Assembly: GCA_965140415.1 (NCBI GenBank)
Contig: OZ223209.1
Coordinates: forward strand, 3,776,001 to 3,840,000
DNA length: 64,000 nucleotides
Source: Myxococcota bacterium
Lineage (GTDB): Bacteria > Myxococcota_A > SURF-8
Reading direction: 5' to 3'
The notes below the pieces were generated by a model. The model was not told where the DNA came from, searched no databases, and saw only the letters and a list, made by a program, of their open reading frames with translations. Shown here piece by piece: positions 58,628 through 64,000 of the stretch (its first letter is position 1; each line of letters starts with the position of its first letter). The translations under genes were made by a program, and so were the position numbers.

Positions 58628-60130
58628 TTAGGAATGGGAATGAAACGGGATTTCGTGATCGTGGCAGAATAGCTGCACGGCATGGCGTCCCGAAAGCAGG
58701 CTGGGCGGAATACCACCACCCGGCATAACCCATTGTCCCGCCATGTAAAAGTCCTTCAGGCCGGGAAGCGTTCGTTCGACCACTTTGAAAATGTTTTCAG
58801 GATTTGGAAGAAAACCTTCGTAGGCTCCGCGATAGTTGGACGTGTAGCGCACAAAGGTCTCCGGGCTGGAAGTATCGGTAACTTCCAAGGATTCCGTTAG
58901 ACCGGGCAGGTAGTTTTCCAGCTTTTGCAGAATCGCATCAGACAGTTCCTGCTTGGCTTTGCGGTAGGCATCGCGGTCGTTTTTCCGCAAGTCGCGCCAG
59001 AATTCATAGTCGGTTTCGATAGAAGCAACGATACTCGTTTTCCCCGCCACGGCAAAATGCGGGCTGTAGTTGAATACCCGAAAATAGAAGCCGGAAACCC
59101 GCTTCGTCCCCACCTGCAACGGTTCCGCCAGTTGTACAAGACCTAACGATGGAGCTTCTTTGAACTCCCTGGCCGCACCGTAACACAGCGTCATGATAGG
59201 ACAGGTCAATTCCCATTCGTCGAAACGTCGGGAAACGGAATCGGGCACGTAACGAGAATCCATCAGATTCAAACAAGTGCTGTGACCGTCGGCAGCGGAG
59301 ATGACTCCGTCTGCGTGAATCTCTTCACCATCAGCTAAACATACACCCACCGCCCGGTCTTGTTCTACAAGCACCTTTTCAACTTTCGCTCGATAACGGA
59401 TTTCACCGCCCAATTCCGTGTAACGTGTTTCAAGATCGCGAGCAAAGGCCAAAGAGCCTTGCTGAAAACTTGCCAACTGACCGTCGGCCAATAATCCCAA
59501 CAGATTCAAACTGAACCACACCGGCACATCGGGTAAAAACAGGTAGTCGAAAACAAAGCGTACAAAGGCATCGTTCAGGCGCGAACTGAACTCTCCCATG
59601 CGTTTACCGTAGGCTCCTACAAAATAAGGTAGGACTTTGTACATTCCCGAAAAAGAAGATAGCTTTTTCCATATTCCGGCTAAGCCAGGCGCATCGGCTA
59701 AGCCGCGCATGCTATCGACTCCCCGAAAACGTTTTGCGCTACGAATAAAACCATCGATTGTTTTTTTGTCCACAGGTGACAAGTGGGCTAGATCCTGTGC
59801 GAAGCGGTCCAGATCTTTCGTCAAATCGACATACTTCCCGCTGGCCTCATCATAATAGCGTCCACTGAAACTCATTTCCGCAAGATCTGTCTGAGCAATG
59901 ATACCCAATTCCCGATAGAGATCGTGGGTAAATTGTCCCTCTCTATATCCCATCAGGAAGTGTACGCCGCCATCGAAAAGATAGTCGCCGCGTTTCCAGG
60001 CCGTGCAAACACCACCTGGCTTGTCGTGCTGTTCGAGAAGAATGCTGCGACAGCCGCTTAATTGACAGTAGATGCCAGCCGCGAGACCGGCTAACCCGGC
60101 ACCGATTACAAGAAGTTGTTTCTGCTGCAT
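58628..60130 (-). CDS. Phytoene-dehydrogenase-like FAD-dependent oxidoreductase
   Basis: VIGAGLAGL, GGVCTAWKRGDYLFDGG, TPETF-like SPETFVRY, FYMAGQWVMPGGG. Confidence 0.9.
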   Translation of the reverse strand: MQQKQLLVIGAGLAGLAAGIYCQLSGCRSILLEQHDKPGGVCTAWKRGDYLFDGGVHFLMGYREGQFTHDLYRELGIIAQTDLAEMSFSGRYYDEASGKYVDLTKDLDRFAQDLAHLSPVDKKTIDGFIRSAKRFRGVDSMRGLADAPGLAGIWKKLSSFSGMYKVLPYFVGAYGKRMGEFSSRLNDAFVRFVFDYLFLPDVPVWFSLNLLGLLADGQLASFQQGSLAFARDLETRYTELGGEIRYRAKVEKVLVEQDRAVGVCLADGEEIHADGVISAADGHSTCLNLMDSRYVPDSVSRRFDEWELTCPIMTLCYGAAREFKEAPSLGLVQLAEPLQVGTKRVSGFYFRVFNYSPHFAVAGKTSIVASIETDYEFWRDLRKNDRDAYRKAKQELSDAILQKLENYLPGLTESLEVTDTSSPETFVRYTSNYRGAYEGFLPNPENIFKVVERTLPGLKDFYMAGQWVMPGGGIPPSLLSGRHAVQLFCHDHEIPFHSHS

Positions 60131-60204
60131 CCCGTTTCCCTGTTAAGGCAATTCATTTCGCTAAGTATAGCCTGTCCGGCGATAAAATCAATGGGTTCAA
60201 AAGC

Positions 60205-60233
60205 AAAAACCCCGTCGGAGAACCCGACGGGGT
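60205..60233 (-). terminator. Rho-independent terminator of the MopE-repeat gene
   Basis: ACCCCGTCGG/CCGACGGGGT stem with a minus-strand U-tract. Confidence 0.75.
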
Positions 60234-60254
60234 ATAGGGTGAATCAAAGGAGGA

Positions 60255-63200
60255 TCAGCGGGCGTTGGATGCAGTCAGCGTATAGCTGTCGCAGATCGGC
60301 TGAGCAATATCATCCCGGTATTTAACCATGACCCAGTAGGATGCGGAATCATCCAGGCAGTAGCGGAAAGGCCAGTGTGGAATGGTTTCCGATGTGCCTT
60401 CCTGCGGTTCCAGTTCGGCTGGACGGCAGGGACATTCACCGGCGGAGTCCACCGTGAATTCCTCATCCGAGAAATTCGTGTAATCCCGGAAATCATACCA
60501 GTTCTCACAGACCCGTTGCGTACCCTGGCAGCCTCCCTTGTACACATCGAAGCGGAAGGCATTGTCCGGATTGAAGGTAAAGAAGACTTTGACGTCGAAG
60601 AGGTCGCAGGTGGCGTCTGTCAGATCTTCCGCGTCGAAGCGGTACCAAGCCACGGATTCCAGCGTGGCCAGTTGTCCTTCTACACTTCCGATGGTCCCGC
60701 CCTGGCGGTCGTCAAGCGGATTGTTGGGGAAGTATTGCGCTTCTCCACAGGTATCGGCAGGAATGCTTTCCAGTTCGCATTCGCAGCCATCATTCTGGTC
60801 TCCGTTCATGTTGGCATAACCGGATTCACAGGTTGAAAATTCACACTCGCTGTTCACGCAGACCGCGTAGGCATGCGCGAATTCACAACGATTGTCACAA
60901 GCACCGCAGTGGTCCGGGTGGTTGTAGTCGCCGGTTCCGCCTTCGCGGAAGTCCTCATCGGTCTGACCGTCGCAGTCGTTATCGAGCAGATCGCAGGATT
61001 CCGGCTGGCCGCGATAATCGGAGCCGTTTAGATCGGTAGAGCAGATGGTTGCGCTACTGTCGCCGGGATCGCATTCTCGCAGACCCGCGCCGCACTGGCC
61101 AACGCCAATACAGCCGGTGCCCAATCCGAAGCCTTCATCGGTCTGACCATCGCAGTCGTTATCCAGATTGTCGCAAACTTCGGTTTGAGCGCCGCCCCAG
61201 GCGGTACAGGTCAACCCGTCTTGTTGCTCGTTGCAGATCCATTCGCCGGTACCGCATTCGCCACCGGAACAGGCGCTTCCCAACAACGACCAGTTTTCAT
61301 CGGTCTGACCATCGCAGTCGTTATCCAGCCCATCGCAGAGTTCTCCGCTGCCGTCGTAGACCGAACCGCCAAGGTCTGTTGAACAGATGGCGTGATACAA
61401 GCTCGCGCATTCTCGCTGGCCCTGGCCACATTCGCCGATGCCTTCACAGCTCTGGCCGAGGTAGAAGGTTTCGTCGGTCTGCCCGTCGCAGTCGTTATCG
61501 GCGTTGTCGCACAATTCCGCGCTGGCCAGGCTGTTGGAACCACCCGGCATCGTGGAACAGATGGTCGAATCGGTCCCCTGGCATTGCCACACACCCGGTT
61601 GGCTGGCGCATTGACCGATACCGGTGCAGCTTTGACCCAGGTTAAAGCCTTCGTCGGTTTCGCCGTCGCAATCGTTGTCAATGTTATCGCACAATTCCGC
61701 CACCGGATTGTACTGGCTGCCCACACCGCGCCCATCGTTATAGCTAAGCGTCGAGCAACGAGTGTGGATGCCGTCATCCGCACATTCCCAAACGCCCTCT
61801 CCACAAGCGCCGGTGCCTTGGCAAGGCGTTCCAACACGTCCGCCGCAATCCGCACCGGAGCAATAGGGCCAGGGTTCGCCCAGCGATGGAGTAAACAGGC
61901 TGTAGTCTTCATCGACCTGGCCATCGCAATCGTTATCGAGGCTGTCGCAGTATTCTTCTTCGCCGCTGTATTCGCTGCCACCGGGTGCCGTGGAGCAGAT
62001 CGAGGCGAGTTCGTTTTCCGTATCGCATTCGATGACACCGACGTCGCAATTGTCACTGGGCTGACAGCTTGCACCGAGATTGAAAACCTCATCGGTTTGA
62101 CCGTCGCAGTCGTTGTCCAAAGTATCGCATAATTCAACGTTAGCCAGCGAGTAGGAACCACCAGGCATGGTGGAACAGACCACACTGTTGGGACCAGCAC
62201 ATTCGTAGAAGCCCGGTTCATTGCCACATTCGCCAACACCCAAACAGGATTCTCCGGTTGCGAAATCCTCGTCGTATTGACCGTCGCAGTCGTTATCCAG
62301 TCCGTCGCACAATTCAGGCGAATCTTGCGGATCGGAGCCGTTGAGATCGGTAGAGCAGCGCGTGGTCGTAGGCGTGTCGCATTCAATCACACCTTGGCCA
62401 CATTGACCCACGCCGTCGCAGCTCTGCCCAATGAAGAAGCCCTCATCTGTCTGACCGTCGCAGTCGTTATCGACGTTATCGCAAAGCTCGGTGGTGCCTC
62501 CGAATTGAGATCCACCGGGTGCGGTGGAGCAACGGGTTTCATAGTCATCGGCGCACTCGATTACACCGGCGGAACAGGCTCCATCTGGGAAACAGGTTTC
62601 ACCGATATCGAAGAATTCATCGGTGTAGCCGTCGCAGTCGTTGTCCAATCCGTCGCAGATTTCCTGGATCGTCGGCCAACCGGGGTATTCGGAACCACCC
62701 AGATCGGTGGAGCAACGGGTACCTCCCGTGTCGTTACATTCCAGCGTACCGACGCCACATTCGCCAACGCCATCGCAGGGACCGCCAAGGTCGAAGGTTT
62801 CATCGGTCTGACCGTCGCAGTTGTTGTCCTTTCCGTCGCAGAGTTCGGCAGAGGGTTCATACTGCGAGCCGCCGAAGTCGGTCGAGCAGATGACGTCGTT
62901 GTCGCCGTGGCATTCGATCACGCCATTCAAATTGGAGCAGGTTCCGCTACCGACGCACTCCTGACCAAGGGTCGGCCAGCTTTCATCGGTGAAGCCGTCG
63001 CAGTCGTTGTCCTGGTTATCGCATATTTCATCGGAACCCGCGAATTGCGAACCGCCCAGATCGGTGGAGCAGATGGTCTGGTATACATGGTTGGGATCGC
63101 ATTCCACCACCCCTTCACCGCAGGCACCTTGACCCTGACAGGGGGCACCCAGGCCATAGCCTTCGTCGGTTACGCCGTCGCAGTCGTTATCCAGACCATC

Positions 63201-64000
63201 GCAACCTTCCGGACCACCATCGTAGAAATCGCCACCCGGATCGCGGTTACAAATGACCTCGTATTCGTTTTTACATTGCATGTACCCACTGCCACATTCT
63301 CCAACGCCATCGCAGGCAATGGGATTACCCGTTTCCGGGTCGTACAGGCCGATGCCTTCATCGGTCAATCCATCGCAGTCATCGTCGAAGCTGTTACACA
63401 GTTCTGGTTGCCCCCCATATTGACTGCCGCCGATGTCGGTGGAGCAACGCACCGAGTTGGTCGTCTCGCACTCGTATTGACCCATGCCGCACTGGCCATC
63501 GCCCATGCAGCTATTGCCGATTTGATAGCCTTCGTCCGTCGATCCATCGCAGTCGTTATCCAGGCTGTCGCAGATTTCCGACGTTCCCTGGTAGTTGCTG
63601 CCGCCGACATCCGTGGAGCAGCGGTAGGTATAGAGCGAAGCGCATTCATACACACCCGCGCCACATTCGCCGATGCCTTCGCAGTCTTCGCCGCGCATGA
63701 AGTCTTCATCGGTCTGGCCGTCGCAGTCGTTGTCCTGACCGTCACAGGTTTCGTTCTGACCTTCATACTCGCTGCCATTGATATCCGTCGAGCAGATGGT
63801 TTGCGCGTAGCCGTAGCGGCATTCGGTCACGCCCGCGCCGCAAGCTCCCACACCATCGCAAACGACGCCCAACGCAAAGTCCTCGTCGGTCAACCCATCG
63901 CAGTCGTTATCACGATGATCGCAAACTTCTTCTCCGCCGGTGTGATCCGAACCACCCAGATCGGTGGAACAGCGATAACCGCCGTTGTCGTCGCATTCGT
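60255..64000 (-). CDS. Giant Cys-rich surface protein with many MopE-like (CDGxDNDCDGxTDE) repeats; 5' end lies outside the window
   Basis: ~60-aa repeat iterated through the ORF; the frame stays open to position 64000. Confidence 0.9.
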   Translation of the reverse strand, partial: ECDDNGGYRCSTDLGGSDHTGGEEVCDHRDNDCDGLTDEDFALGVVCDGVGACGAGVTECRYGYAQTICSTDINGSEYEGQNETCDGQDNDCDGQTDEDFMRGEDCEGIGECGAGVYECASLYTYRCSTDVGGSNYQGTSEICDSLDNDCDGSTDEGYQIGNSCMGDGQCGMGQYECETTNSVRCSTDIGGSQYGGQPELCNSFDDDCDGLTDEGIGLYDPETGNPIACDGVGECGSGYMQCKNEYEVICNRDPGGDFYDGGPEGCDGLDNDCDGVTDEGYGLGAPCQGQGACGEGVVECDPNHVYQTICSTDLGGSQFAGSDEICDNQDNDCDGFTDESWPTLGQECVGSGTCSNLNGVIECHGDNDVICSTDFGGSQYEPSAELCDGKDNNCDGQTDETFDLGGPCDGVGECGVGTLECNDTGGTRCSTDLGGSEYPGWPTIQEICDGLDNDCDGYTDEFFDIGETCFPDGACSAGVIECADDYETRCSTAPGGSQFGGTTELCDNVDNDCDGQTDEGFFIGQSCDGVGQCGQGVIECDTPTTTRCSTDLNGSDPQDSPELCDGLDNDCDGQYDEDFATGESCLGVGECGNEPGFYECAGPNSVVCSTMPGGSYSLANVELCDTLDNDCDGQTDEVFNLGASCQPSDNCDVGVIECDTENELASICSTAPGGSEYSGEEEYCDSLDNDCDGQVDEDYSLFTPSLGEPWPYCSGADCGGRVGTPCQGTGACGEGVWECADDGIHTRCSTLSYNDGRGVGSQYNPVAELCDNIDNDCDGETDEGFNLGQSCTGIGQCASQPGVWQCQGTDSTICSTMPGGSNSLASAELCDNADNDCDGQTDETFYLGQSCEGIGECGQGQRECASLYHAICSTDLGGSVYDGSGELCDGLDNDCDGQTDENWSLLGSACSGGECGTGEWICNEQQDGLTCTAWGGAQTEVCDNLDNDCDGQTDEGFGLGTGCIGVGQCGAGLRECDPGDSSATICSTDLNGSDYRGQPESCDLLDNDCDGQTDEDFREGGTGDYNHPDHCGACDNRCEFAHAYAVCVNSECEFSTCESGYANMNGDQNDGCECELESIPADTCGEAQYFPNNPLDDRQGGTIGSVEGQLATLESVAWYRFDAEDLTDATCDLFDVKVFFTFNPDNAFRFDVYKGGCQGTQRVCENWYDFRDYTNFSDEEFTVDSAGECPCRPAELEPQEGTSETIPHWPFRYCLDDSASYWVMVKYRDDIAQPICDSYTLTASNAR

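Noticed and set aside
60275-63778. Numerous alternative-frame and antisense ORFs in the GC-rich host genes
   Set aside because: Shadow ORFs of long repetitive coding sequences.

Overview
Bacterial chromosome segment. The many Cys-rich 'CDGxDNDCDGxxDE' (MopE-like) and DGD-repeat lipoproteins suggest a Myxococcota/deltaproteobacterial host (inference). From left to right: (1) 1-9.3 kb: a complete type I-E CRISPR-Cas locus on the minus strand (cas3-cas8e-cas11-cas7-cas5-cas6e-cas1-cas2, then 13 repeats, probably continuing off-window). (2) 9.6-19.8 kb: an AT-rich block with a convergent NACHT-FGE protein and a 1729-aa P-loop/TPR-like protein, plus an intact IS3-family element. (3) 19.8-41.3 kb: an integrative-element-like region. 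It carries an Xis-like HTH / methyltransferase-fold / group-II-like reverse transcriptase operon, a ParB-Dam fusion, a tyrosine recombinase whose two domains sit in separate genes, a degenerate CRISPR-like mini-array between two paralogous small genes, two strongly structured non-coding RNAs, a large serine recombinase with a MerR-type HTH tail, an internally deleted TIR-like gene and IS debris. (4) 41.3-48.8 kb: a MacAB-TolC plus two-component module bracketed by ~180-bp direct repeats. (5) ~49 kb: a tRNA 3'-end relic and a 5'-truncated comM, marking the right island border. (6) 50-64 kb: host genes (clostripain lipoprotein, DUF1566 lipoprotein flanked by REP-like palindromes, pyruvyl transferase, PP2C phosphatase, LCIB-like protein, FAD oxidoreductase, giant MopE-repeat protein). 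The best candidates for an undescribed system are the RT operon (RT + hairpin-dense internal linker + apparently inactive RNase H-like tail, translationally coupled to an MTase-fold gene) and the orphan repeat array at 33.7-34.0 kb. All family assignments come from motif recognition by eye; no database searches were run.
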